A DNA stretch of 64,000 nt, taken from contig JAZDEZ010000008.1 in assembly GCA_043808365.1 (NCBI GenBank), positions 919-64,918 of the forward strand, in the 5' to 3' direction. This DNA comes from Patescibacteria group bacterium. Lineage in GTDB: Bacteria > Patescibacteriota > Patescibacteriia > UBA10025 > JAHIVO01. Under the pieces are notes generated by a model. That model was not told the origin of the DNA, ran no database searches, and saw only the letters and a program-made list of their open reading frames with translations. Numbering within the stretch: the stretch's first letter is position 1; each line of letters opens with the position of its first letter. The translations under genes and the position numbers were made by a program. Positions 47,174-56,296 of this stretch are shown piece by piece.

Positions 47174-47271
47174 GGATTACTTGTTACCCGTTACTAATTA
47201 CGAATTACTATTTACTAATTACTTATTACCTTTTATCTATTATTTATTATCTATTACTTATTACCTTCTAC
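47174..47271. repeat. Heptamer array, 14 NNNTTAC units in unbroken register
   Basis: TTAC/TTAT/CTAC ends at 47180, 47187 ... 47271 (every 7 nt). It fills the spacer between the stop of the 1677-aa gene and the start of the 743-aa gene. Confidence 0.85.
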
Positions 47272-47275
47272 ATGC

Positions 47276-50200
47276 TTACAGCCCCCGGCATTTCAGAGTG
47301 GCGGGTACATTGTCTAGCGCCCCATTTGCCAGGTTGCGCTTCTCAATGCGCCAGCCGGCAAACCCGTCCAAATTGCCGAAGGTATATATGTAGGTATCGT
47401 CAATCGCGATATCGCGGCCGTACTGGACGTCATTTGGGTTGGCATTACTGTAAATCGCGATGGAACCGGAACCGCTATCGCCGAACCCGATTCCACAATT
47501 TCCTGCTGTGCACAGCGCACCCGTATCCAAGCGGCGTTTCTCCATGTACCAACCGTCGTCATTCATGGACCGGTAGCCGATCAGATACATGTAATCATCG
47601 TCAATGGCGATTGAATTCACCCCATCAGCAATATTCGTCACAACCGTGATTGCTCCGCTGCCTGAATCGCCGAAGTTACCGGCCGAGCAAGCACCGCCGG
47701 TGCAGAGCGAGCCATTGTCCTTGTCATATTTCCTGATATGCCAATTGGCATTGTCCATGCCGGCTACGTAAAGATAATCAGAGTCAACGGAAATACCGCC
47801 GACATAGGTCGTGTTATCATCCACGGTAGCGGTGGTCTCTGTAATAACCCCGCTGCTGCCAAAACCGCTGTCTAAGCTGCCATCCGTGAGCAAGCGCTTT
47901 TCAATGCGCCATTGGAGATTTTCATCAAACCCAAACACGTACATGGAGGCATCGTCAATATCAATATCGTGCGCTGAACTTGTCAGGGCGCTGCTTTCGA
48001 CATACCCATCACCGTCAAAAGCAGTGCCGCAAACAGCTGCCGTGCACAAATCTCCCGTGCCCAGCAACCGTTTTTCCGTCCGCCAAGTATTTGAACTGCT
48101 CTGGCCGGTTACGTACATATATTGGCTGTCGATGGCAATTGCTCTGGCCGCTTTGCCGCCCGCCGCGTTTAATGCCCATGCCTGACTGCCGTTTGTTTTA
48201 GCACGTTTCTCGATATGCCATACATCAAGCGGTGTCTGGCCGACTGTATAAAGATAAGTATCATCAATTGCCACATCCCAGCCGGCATTGCTGCCGCCAT
48301 TAGCCGCCGCTCCGGTAATGATGCCATCGCCGTCAAAACCCGTATCGAGAGTCCCGCTCCAAATATCGCGCTTCTCGGCGCGCCAGCGAGTATTTATATC
48401 CGTATCTGAATTTCCAGCCAGATACACACTGCTTTCATCAACCGCGATGCCCCAGCCAAGCGTGCTCCCGTTCATGCCGTCCTCCCGGATATACCCGCTC
48501 GTCCCAAAAGAAACAGCGCGGCTGGTGAGATCAATGCCCTTCACATACTGGCCGTCTTGGCAGCTCTGTCCGGTATTCCTGTCATCGTCCGCCGCGCCTG
48601 CCCAGGCGTTATTAGCGACGACTAAATCACCAACCACTGTCAACTTCGCGCCAAAAGCCGCCGAGCCATCAGCGGAAAAACTGCCCGGCTGGGAATCGAC
48701 GCTCCACTGGCTAGCGTCGCGGAGCTGGACAGAACCGGCAAGATCAGCGGCGCCGCGCCCACTGCCGACATAGTACTGTTTCAAGGAGTACCCCTCGTAC
48801 CAGGCCAACCCGTAGGATGTGATCCACAAACTATTGCCGTCAAAAATTGCCGCCCGCGTATCGTACTTAGTGCCGAGCGTGACGCTCTCGACAATCTGGT
48901 CAGTGGCCGCCGCGATTCTGGTCAAGTAGCGGTTATTTTCCGAACTGGTTTCTTCCGACGTGTCGAGCGCGCTGCTGCAGCCGGGATCCGGCTTGCCGCT
49001 GCACCCGGGATTGCCGATGCCTCCGTCAAAGTCGCACAAGCTGTTGCCGTCGTTATCCAGGTGATCGGAGCATTGCCCCACAGCCGGTGAAATGTCATGG
49101 TACCCGACATGAGTGGCCCAGACGTAGGTGCCGTCAAAAGTCAGCGTGGTAACGTTGGCGGTGTCCCCGTCCTTAAAAATCGAGTACTTGGCCGCAACCA
49201 CGGCATTGCAGTCATTGCCGCCGCAATCGGCAGGAGTGTTGCAAACCAAGGTGGTATTATTGCTGCAAACCCCGGCATGGGTGCTGTCCCCGCCGTAGGG
49301 GTCTATCTTATAAATGCTGTTTCCGTCCGCGTCCGCGAAGTACGAACCGACCCAGAGGTAGGTGCCGTCGTACATGATAGACCTGATCGGCCGCGCACCG
49401 CCGCCAGGCGACTGGGTCGACATCTCTGCAATGCTCAGCCTGGATAAGAACGCGCCATCCTGCCTGACGTTTACCACCTTCCTGCTATTGTTGAGCGAAG
49501 CCCAGATACTGCCGCTCGCCTGCGCCAGCAGATGCGGCCGCTCGTTTACTCCGATGTACCCACCGAGCGTATACCGCGTGTAGCTGGTACAGACATGCGA
49601 TCCGGGACTACAGCTCGATAAATCGATCCGCAAGAGATAATTACTATCTTGTTCTAAGGATGCCCAGAGGTACGCGCCGTCGTAAGAAAGGTCGTAGACA
49701 TACTTTTCTCCAAGGCCAGCCAACTCGTACTCATCTACCGTTAAGCCGGTTTTTGGATCGACCTGTCGAAACCACATTTTAAAATCGTGCGCGTGGGGCA
49801 GCCACAAGCTCGCCCCGTCAAAAGTGATGTACCCGACATCGAAGCCCATGTCATAGTCGCTGATTTTTTTACCGTCGGAGGCGCGGTACTTACTGAGGTA
49901 AGTCGAAGCTGAAGCGGTTCCCCAGAGGTACGTGCCGTCAAATATGAAATCATCATAACCCGCGCCGAGAATTGGAACAGTAGTGTCGACGTACGGCGCC
50001 TCCATGGTTCGCTTCCCCACGCTGCCGATCCGTCCGAAACCCTGCCAGATGATGGGATTGCTGGGATCGCGCGGGTCATAGGTGAAATCATACAGGGTGC
50101 GGTCCCAGGGACCCTCCCCGTAGTGGTTTTGCTCCACGCCGTCAGTGTCAAACTTCTCCAGAAAACCTTTGCTGCCGACCCAGACCGATGGCCCGCCCGG

Positions 50201-52309
50201 TGTTTCTCGGTAGAATGAAATAGTATCTTCACGGTCATATATGCCTCCCCAGCCGCCGTCGTAGAGTCCTTCGACAGTTTCGCTCGCTGGATTGAACTTG
50301 ACCAGCCGTCTATTGCCCTGAGGGAATTCACGGAAAGCGCTGTAGGCGAGCCAAATTTTATTATTGACATCATCAAACGTCGCATCGCTCGGGCCGGTCG
50401 CCGGGCCGCTGCAAAATACCTTCTGGCTTGCCGGCTGGCTCGGATCGCTTGCCAGCACTCTGGTGAACCCTTCTCCGACATTGGAATTGCCGCCGCCGTA
50501 ATAGCTCGTCCAGACGTAGGTGCCGTCAAAGGTTATACCAGTCGCATCACCGACCACGCCGCTGGATACGCGCTCATCGTTATCCGGAGTACCGGCGGGC
50601 GATGTCAAAATATTGGCGCATTGGGTGTCGGGTCCGCGCCATGTGCCGGCAGAACAGCTTACCGCCGGAGTGCAGGTGGCTGAAGTAGCGCAACGGGCGT
50701 CGCTGCACGCCGTACCGTTCCAGGTGCCGCCGCAGGTAGCGGGATTGGCAGTACAACTGCCCGCCACCCAGCGGGAATCGCACTGACCAGCTCCTGTTCC
50801 GGTGCACGATGCCTGATCACCGCAGGATCGGTCAACGCAAACTCCAGGAGTCCAGGTGCCGCCAACGCCCGCGCAGGTTGCTTCTGATTCGGCAAGGACA
50901 CACCAGCCGATGGTATCAATAGAATTGTCAGTATCGGTGTCAAGACGGTCGGTGCAGGAGCCGAGGTTCATCGTCCAGCAGGAGTTGCCGGTGCCGTTCA
51001 CTCCGGTTACCAAGTTTTTAATCGATGCTTGGCTGCTGATCTGATAGGCCAGCAATCCGGTGCCATCCGTTTTTATCCGCGACTGAACATCGTTTCCGTT
51101 ATTTCGCTTACTGATTGTCCAGAAATACGGGCCGCCGGGTGTCACGTTATCGTAGGTCATGTCAATCGGCCCACCGACAGCGGTAGCATCGGTATCAACG
51201 GAGTAGTACGCTACCGCCTGGTACGTCGCCGGGTCAAACTTTACCAGGCTTGGGTCGCCATCGTGATCGGTCAGCGCCCAAACAAAGCCTTCATGAAAAA
51301 ATAGTTTATTGATTCCGTGATCAACGGGGAGCAACACTGGCCTCGCCACCACCGCCATGGTATCGGGATCCACTACGTACATTCTCGGCTCCCAATCGTA
51401 AGTGCCGAACCAGAGGTTAACACCGTCAAACGTGATGGCAGAGCCCCCGATCAGCTCGCTGTCTTCGGCAGTCCCCATGGGCCACCCGGCAGTGTACGGT
51501 ACCCGGGATTGCTGTAATCGGTTGGGAATAAATTTTCCAGCTGCCAGCGCCCCGCTGCCGTACAGCCGCTGCTGGAAATAGCCGGCCCACGCGCCCATGC
51601 CGTTCGCCTCGCCATAGACGGCGGCAATGACATTTGACGGGTTATACGGGGAATTGATAATGCCAACCACGGCGGATGCCTGATTACTGTATGCGTAGAT
51701 GCCGGAACCATTCACTGAGTTCAATCCATACACACCCGGGCCAGTCACGGAAGCGCCGCTGACAGCGGGCTGGTTGCCGGTTGAGTTGCCCGTAGCCGCT
51801 GTATTAGCATCAGCTGTATTCACTGAAATTGCTGATCCTGTCGTGATCGGCGTCGTTGCTGATCCGGCATTGGCACTGCCACTTACCACGTCCAAAATCA
51901 CCGCGGCGCTTGGCGATGCCGTGCCGATCCCGACATTATCATTTGCGCCGCTGACATTGAGCGTATCCGTATCGACAGCCAGATTTCCCGGGTCAACCAG
52001 ATTGAACGTATTGATGTACACGTCTTTCGTCCCGCGCACGTCAAGCGGATAATTCGTCGTCGGCGTATCGCCAAACGGGTTATAAAGCGGGTCGAGGATC
52101 AGGTGGCCTTTCTTGGCCTGGTCTCCCGGGCCGGCGGTCAATGGCGCGTAGATATTTCCGGCCGGCGCCTGGGCTGACGGCTCTTCCCAAGCCGCCTGGA
52201 CAAACTTCGCGGTGCCAACCAGAACCCCCAAGCACACAAAAAATCCCAGGACAAAAAACATTGCCCGGTTTTTCCTGAATATATTTTTTTTGATATTTAA
52301 TCTCTTCAT
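47276..52309 (-). CDS. Secreted beta-propeller / Cys-rich surface protein, paralog 2 (1677 aa)
   Basis: Its first 15 codons and 5' leader are nearly identical to paralog 1. It has FDG.Y.W blades, a Cys-rich region, and a C-terminal W(R/H)(I/T/A)EKR propeller of the same type as in the giant protein. It ends ...LKCRGL like paralog 3. Confidence 0.9.
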   Translation of the reverse strand: MKRLNIKKNIFRKNRAMFFVLGFFVCLGVLVGTAKFVQAAWEEPSAQAPAGNIYAPLTAGPGDQAKKGHLILDPLYNPFGDTPTTNYPLDVRGTKDVYINTFNLVDPGNLAVDTDTLNVSGANDNVGIGTASPSAAVILDVVSGSANAGSATTPITTGSAISVNTADANTAATGNSTGNQPAVSGASVTGPGVYGLNSVNGSGIYAYSNQASAVVGIINSPYNPSNVIAAVYGEANGMGAWAGYFQQRLYGSGALAAGKFIPNRLQQSRVPYTAGWPMGTAEDSELIGGSAITFDGVNLWFGTYDWEPRMYVVDPDTMAVVARPVLLPVDHGINKLFFHEGFVWALTDHDGDPSLVKFDPATYQAVAYYSVDTDATAVGGPIDMTYDNVTPGGPYFWTISKRNNGNDVQSRIKTDGTGLLAYQISSQASIKNLVTGVNGTGNSCWTMNLGSCTDRLDTDTDNSIDTIGWCVLAESEATCAGVGGTWTPGVCVDRSCGDQASCTGTGAGQCDSRWVAGSCTANPATCGGTWNGTACSDARCATSATCTPAVSCSAGTWRGPDTQCANILTSPAGTPDNDERVSSGVVGDATGITFDGTYVWTSYYGGGNSNVGEGFTRVLASDPSQPASQKVFCSGPATGPSDATFDDVNNKIWLAYSAFREFPQGNRRLVKFNPASETVEGLYDGGWGGIYDREDTISFYRETPGGPSVWVGSKGFLEKFDTDGVEQNHYGEGPWDRTLYDFTYDPRDPSNPIIWQGFGRIGSVGKRTMEAPYVDTTVPILGAGYDDFIFDGTYLWGTASASTYLSKYRASDGKKISDYDMGFDVGYITFDGASLWLPHAHDFKMWFRQVDPKTGLTVDEYELAGLGEKYVYDLSYDGAYLWASLEQDSNYLLRIDLSSCSPGSHVCTSYTRYTLGGYIGVNERPHLLAQASGSIWASLNNSRKVVNVRQDGAFLSRLSIAEMSTQSPGGGARPIRSIMYDGTYLWVGSYFADADGNSIYKIDPYGGDSTHAGVCSNNTTLVCNTPADCGGNDCNAVVAAKYSIFKDGDTANVTTLTFDGTYVWATHVGYHDISPAVGQCSDHLDNDGNSLCDFDGGIGNPGCSGKPDPGCSSALDTSEETSSENNRYLTRIAAATDQIVESVTLGTKYDTRAAIFDGNSLWITSYGLAWYEGYSLKQYYVGSGRGAADLAGSVQLRDASQWSVDSQPGSFSADGSAAFGAKLTVVGDLVVANNAWAGAADDDRNTGQSCQDGQYVKGIDLTSRAVSFGTSGYIREDGMNGSTLGWGIAVDESSVYLAGNSDTDINTRWRAEKRDIWSGTLDTGFDGDGIITGAAANGGSNAGWDVAIDDTYLYTVGQTPLDVWHIEKRAKTNGSQAWALNAAGGKAARAIAIDSQYMYVTGQSSSNTWRTEKRLLGTGDLCTAAVCGTAFDGDGYVESSALTSSAHDIDIDDASMYVFGFDENLQWRIEKRLLTDGSLDSGFGSSGVITETTATVDDNTTYVGGISVDSDYLYVAGMDNANWHIRKYDKDNGSLCTGGACSAGNFGDSGSGAITVVTNIADGVNSIAIDDDYMYLIGYRSMNDDGWYMEKRRLDTGALCTAGNCGIGFGDSGSGSIAIYSNANPNDVQYGRDIAIDDTYIYTFGNLDGFAGWRIEKRNLANGALDNVPATLKCRGL

Positions 52310-52320
52310 CTACTTTCCGC

Positions 52321-52453
52321 GGATTACTTATTACCCGTTACTGATTACTAATTACGAATTACTTATTATTTATTATTTATTACTTATTACCTATTATTTA
52401 TTACTTATTACATTGTTCATGGTTCTAAGTTCAAAGTTCATGGTTCATAGTTC
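52321..52453. repeat. Heptamer array, 19 units: 13 NNNTTA(C/T) then 6 NNNGTTC in the same register
   Basis: Units end at 52327, 52334 ... 52411 (TTAC/TTAT) and at 52418, 52425 ... 52453 (GTTC) with no phase break. Confidence 0.85.
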
Positions 52454-52464
52454 TAACCTGCCCC

Positions 52465-55008
52465 TTACAGCCCCCGGCATTCTATCTTGGTAACGCGGCC
52501 GCTTCCATCCATAACGACATTCTTTATATAATGCCCGGCCGGGCACCTTTTCGTTCCGGCCCCGAGACCCGCTGGATTGACGATGACATCGCCCGATCCC
52601 GCGGTCGGCCAGGCATTGCTGGCCGCGATCAAATCACTGCCCGCGGTCATGGCACTGCCGATCCGTCCGGATCCTGCTATGTTAAAGCTCCCTGACTGCG
52701 CGGTGAGCGGAGTGTTGTTCTGGAGCGTCAGCGTCCGGCTCATGTCGGTATGGCCATAGCCCGTGCCGGAAAAAATCTTGGTAATGCCGGTCGGCCCGAA
52801 AACGTACAAGTACGTGCCGTCAAAAGCGATACCGGTCGGCTCGAAACCAAGGGCAAAATCCGACCGGTCAGCAGGCAGGGCGGCATTAAGACGGGTAATG
52901 TTCGAGTCACCAGCATTTACGATCCATAAATAAGTTCCGTCAAAAGCCATATCCGTCGGAGTGCCTCCAGTGCCAAAACCCGCGTAGCCATTATCAGACA
53001 TTGGCACGGGCGGCGCGAAACACCCGCCCAGCCCCAGGCTCGAACAAGAGGCGTCATCTGTACAGGGTGCGTTGTTTCCCTCGGAATCTTTTATCGAACA
53101 GACGCGGTTCTGGCTCAAATAAAACCGCTTGGCCGTATTGCTGGACGCATCCAATATCCAATAATAGTAATTATCATAAAAAATGTCAGTGGAATCGCCC
53201 GTCACTAGGCCGGTAAAAAACATCGCCTTACCAGAAGACGGATTAATGTTGTACAGATTGCTTTCATCCGGCGCCAGCACCCACAGGTAGCTGCCGTTAT
53301 AAATTATTTTCGTAAAAGTTCCCTCCGCGTCAGTGAGATGGACCGCGGATCCGACTATCCCGCAGGCACTGTTCAGTTTGACCACTTCCCCTCCGGCACT
53401 GCCGCTGGTCGCCACCCAGTAGTACGTGCCGTCAAAGGCGATACTGACTGGGTCTGTGATGTCCAGCGAACACTCGCCCGGTCCGGTTCCCTGCCCCGGA
53501 TCGTATGGATTCATTTTTTTCACCCGATCCCCGCTAGACAGGACCATCCAGATATACTGCCCATCGTATAACATATCAGACACGTCACTGCTGACATCCA
53601 GCTCAAAAATTTTAAAGCCGTCCGCCGCCCTGATCTTGAAAATTTTCGACTCGTACGCGGCCCACAGGTACGTCCCGTCAAAAAAACGGAAATACATCTT
53701 CCCCACATTGTACGTATCCACGGCCTGGCCAGCGGTAAACGGCACCAATGAAGCCTGCGGCGCCGTCCGGACTAATTTTGCGCCGGACACGTCGCCGCTC
53801 CCCTCCACCTGGCCGTCAAAATACCCCGCCCACAGCCCGTAGGGATTGGCATTAATCGCGTAGATGCCGTATCCGGTCTGGCTGTAGCCGTAGACTGAAC
53901 TCAAATAACCCGGGATCATTTGCGATCCAATTGATCGCGGAGTACCGCCCATACTGACAGTCACCCACGCCCTGACATAATACATATTTGACGAGCCATT
54001 GACTGAATTTTGCACCCAGTCCGTCGGCAGTGACGTCCAGATGGTAACCTTTGTGACTATTGGATCCGTGTTCTTGAAACTGTATGGCCCGGACACCGGA
54101 TCGACTTTAAGCCACGCCGTGCAATTGCCGGCGTTTACCGCCGTACAGTACTCCCACCAGACCTCCCCAACGGAATTATAATTCGTCACGTCCAGCGCAA
54201 TACTGTTAAATGGATTCGTTCTCCCGAAATACATCGCGTCACCTACTGCGCTGAGAAACCCGTTACTTTGGTCAGCGCCATAATAAATATCATTCCTGGC
54301 ACTGTTGGCCGCGGCGGCTGTCACGTTCGTATATGTCGTGGTATTGTCATTGTACAGGAGCACTTTATCAAAAACATCCTGGCCTGACTGCCCCTGTGCC
54401 GCGATTCCGGATTGGTTTTCTGCCCGCACGCCATAGCCATCATCACTCGCGGAAGTCCCCTGGACACCCGGGTCGGTGCTGGGATATACCGATGAGCCGT
54501 ACAAGGCCTCCGCGCTGCTGCTGGTCGCTGACAGCGCGTCAGCGTTTGGCGCATTGATGCTCCAGGTGCCTCCGCTAACTTCAAGCTTGCTGCCCGAAAT
54601 GCCGAGACAAGGTCCGACACAGACCTTGTTGTTGGCGGCATCGACAAATAGTGTTCCCGGGTATGCGCTTGATGCCGTACCGACTTTCAGGTTTTGCTCC
54701 AGTACAGCCTCAGTTGATTGCGCGCCTTCACCCAGAACTTCCAGCTGGTAATTGAACGGGTTGGCCACGTTACCAGACCCAAGCCGCAAACTCCCGGATT
54801 TCGCCTGCGTTGACCCGTCAATCAGCAAATATCCGCTGGCATTCTGGTCAGGCGGCGCGGCGATCGGGCCGCTCGGCGCCGCTTTCACTTGAGCATGCCA
54901 AACTAAGGAGGCAAGGATTATGCAAGAACAAAAAAATAGGCCAAAAAAAGCCCATTTTGCCCGGAAATTATTATTTTTCGTGATGTATTTCACGCCCCTC
55001 GACATCAC
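52465..55008 (-). CDS. Secreted beta-propeller repeat protein, paralog 3 (847 aa)
   Basis: Signal anchor ...WAFFGLFFCSCIILASLVWHAQVKA, then APSGPIAAPPDQNASG.. The body carries FDGTY(L/Y)W blades. The C-terminus is CPAGHYIKNVVMDGSGRVTKIECRGL. Confidence 0.85.
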   Translation of the reverse strand: MMSRGVKYITKNNNFRAKWAFFGLFFCSCIILASLVWHAQVKAAPSGPIAAPPDQNASGYLLIDGSTQAKSGSLRLGSGNVANPFNYQLEVLGEGAQSTEAVLEQNLKVGTASSAYPGTLFVDAANNKVCVGPCLGISGSKLEVSGGTWSINAPNADALSATSSSAEALYGSSVYPSTDPGVQGTSASDDGYGVRAENQSGIAAQGQSGQDVFDKVLLYNDNTTTYTNVTAAAANSARNDIYYGADQSNGFLSAVGDAMYFGRTNPFNSIALDVTNYNSVGEVWWEYCTAVNAGNCTAWLKVDPVSGPYSFKNTDPIVTKVTIWTSLPTDWVQNSVNGSSNMYYVRAWVTVSMGGTPRSIGSQMIPGYLSSVYGYSQTGYGIYAINANPYGLWAGYFDGQVEGSGDVSGAKLVRTAPQASLVPFTAGQAVDTYNVGKMYFRFFDGTYLWAAYESKIFKIRAADGFKIFELDVSSDVSDMLYDGQYIWMVLSSGDRVKKMNPYDPGQGTGPGECSLDITDPVSIAFDGTYYWVATSGSAGGEVVKLNSACGIVGSAVHLTDAEGTFTKIIYNGSYLWVLAPDESNLYNINPSSGKAMFFTGLVTGDSTDIFYDNYYYWILDASSNTAKRFYLSQNRVCSIKDSEGNNAPCTDDASCSSLGLGGCFAPPVPMSDNGYAGFGTGGTPTDMAFDGTYLWIVNAGDSNITRLNAALPADRSDFALGFEPTGIAFDGTYLYVFGPTGITKIFSGTGYGHTDMSRTLTLQNNTPLTAQSGSFNIAGSGRIGSAMTAGSDLIAASNAWPTAGSGDVIVNPAGLGAGTKRCPAGHYIKNVVMDGSGRVTKIECRGL

Positions 55009-55058
55009 TGGTTAAGTTAATTTTTATTTTCGCAGAAAAAACATTTTTCTTCAGTCCG

Positions 55059-55087
55059 TTGACAAATACTGGGAATACTGCGATACT
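55059..55087 (+). promoter_or_regulatory. Sigma70-like promoter candidate (divergent region)
   Basis: TTGACA (55059-55064), 17-nt spacer, GATACT (55082-55087). Confidence 0.35.
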
Positions 55088-55141
55088 CACATTGAGAAAA
55101 ATATTTTTTATTAGCCCAATTGTAACACATTTTTACCCGAA

Positions 55142-55633
55142 ATGTCAAGTGAAATTAAAATGAAATATTTACCCTTCAATAAGAGCCAAAAGACCGTCCT
55201 GCTTGGCGCGGGAATAATCTTTGTCGTGGTAATCGGCATCGCTTTAGTGAGCTTCTACTATGGGAAGCATCAGGGCACCAAAAGCCTGGCGGCCGTACCC
55301 GGCATCAATGTCGCTCCGGCCGGATATCAAAAAGTCCTGGGAGTCCAAACCGCCAGCTGGCAGGGAAAAATTACCAAGGCGTCAGGAAATGTTATTACCT
55401 TCACTATTACTGACCAGGACAACAAATCAAGAAGACTATCCGCGCGCGTGACGGATGGCACCCAATTACTCCGCGCTGATTTGACAAAAGCTCCATCCGC
55501 TAGCCGGTCTCCGGCCGCGCTCTCGGACTTCACGATCGGCTCGACAATCTACGTTCAGGGCCCGGCTGCTGACGCCAGCCAGTCCGAATTCGACGCCATC
55601 GCGATAACCCTGCTGATCATCCCAAAAACATAA
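55142..55633 (+). CDS. Membrane-anchored hypothetical protein
   Basis: 163 aa. N-terminal TM VLLGAGIIFVVVIGIALVSFYY followed by a small beta-rich ectodomain. Confidence 0.6.
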   Translation: MSSEIKMKYLPFNKSQKTVLLGAGIIFVVVIGIALVSFYYGKHQGTKSLAAVPGINVAPAGYQKVLGVQTASWQGKITKASGNVITFTITDQDNKSRRLSARVTDGTQLLRADLTKAPSASRSPAALSDFTIGSTIYVQGPAADASQSEFDAIAITLLIIPKT

Positions 55634-55667
55634 TCATTTTATTACATAACCATTAACTAACATTCCT

Positions 55668-56231
55668 ATGTCACCAATTGTCTGGATCATCATCATCGCC
55701 ATCGGCGCCATCGTCCTATGGTTCATTGCGGTCTACAACGGCCTGATCCGCCTGCGCAACCAAACTAAGGAAGCCTGGGCTGACATCGACGTCCAGCTCA
55801 AGCGCCGCTACGACCTGATCCCGAACCTGGTCGAAACGGTCAAGGGCTATGCCAAGCACGAACGCGAACTTTTTGAAAAAGTAACCCTAGCCAGGACAGC
55901 GGCCATGGGCGCCACGGGCGTGGCTGCCAAGGGCCAGGCGGAAAATATGCTGGCCGGCACGCTGAAAAGCTTGTTTGCCGTGGCCGAAGCCTATCCTGAC
56001 CTGAAAGCCAACCAGAACTTCTTGAAGCTCCAGGACGAGCTGTCTGACACGGAAAACAAGATCCAGGCCGCCCGCCGGTTTTATAACGGCAACGTGCGCG
56101 ACTTCAACACGAAGATTCAGGTGTTCCCGAACAACATGATTGCCGGCACCCTCGGTTTCAAGGCCTTTGAATTCTTCGAGCTCGGCGCCGGTGAAGCGGC
56201 GGCTAAAGAGCCGGTGAAGGTGAGCTTCTAG
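55668..56231 (+). CDS. lemA: LemA family protein
   Basis: 187 aa. N-terminal TM, then YNGLIRLRNQTKEAWADIDVQLKRRYDLIPNLVETVKGYAKHE ... ARRFYN, the LemA signature. Confidence 0.9.
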   Translation: MSPIVWIIIIAIGAIVLWFIAVYNGLIRLRNQTKEAWADIDVQLKRRYDLIPNLVETVKGYAKHERELFEKVTLARTAAMGATGVAAKGQAENMLAGTLKSLFAVAEAYPDLKANQNFLKLQDELSDTENKIQAARRFYNGNVRDFNTKIQVFPNNMIAGTLGFKAFEFFELGAGEAAAKEPVKVSF

Positions 56232-56237
56232 TTAGAC

Positions 56238-56265
56238 TAAGAACTTTGAACCGAAAACACTGAAC
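56238..56265. repeat. NNNGAAC heptamers (left arm of four-helix-bundle cassette 2)
   Basis: TAAGAAC TTTGAAC CGAAAAC ACTGAAC (ends at 56244, 56251, 56258 and 56265), followed by the hairpin CTGAAC-tggaatatc-GTTCAG. Confidence 0.7.
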
Positions 56266-56296
56266 TGGAATATCGTTCAGATTATATTTGATACTT

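Noticed and set aside
52321-52453. CRISPR array
   Set aside because: The units are 7 nt with a 4-nt core and no unique spacers, and there are no cas genes. This is far below CRISPR repeat and spacer dimensions.
32813-55008. Dozens of 60-260-aa ORFs on both strands inside the giant gene and its paralogs, and likewise inside gatA, ligA, pilB, pilC, pilN and clpC
   Set aside because: All are nested in or antisense to long, family-supported ORFs. They have Arg/Pro/Gly-rich, low-complexity translations typical of off-frame reading of GC-rich coding DNA.
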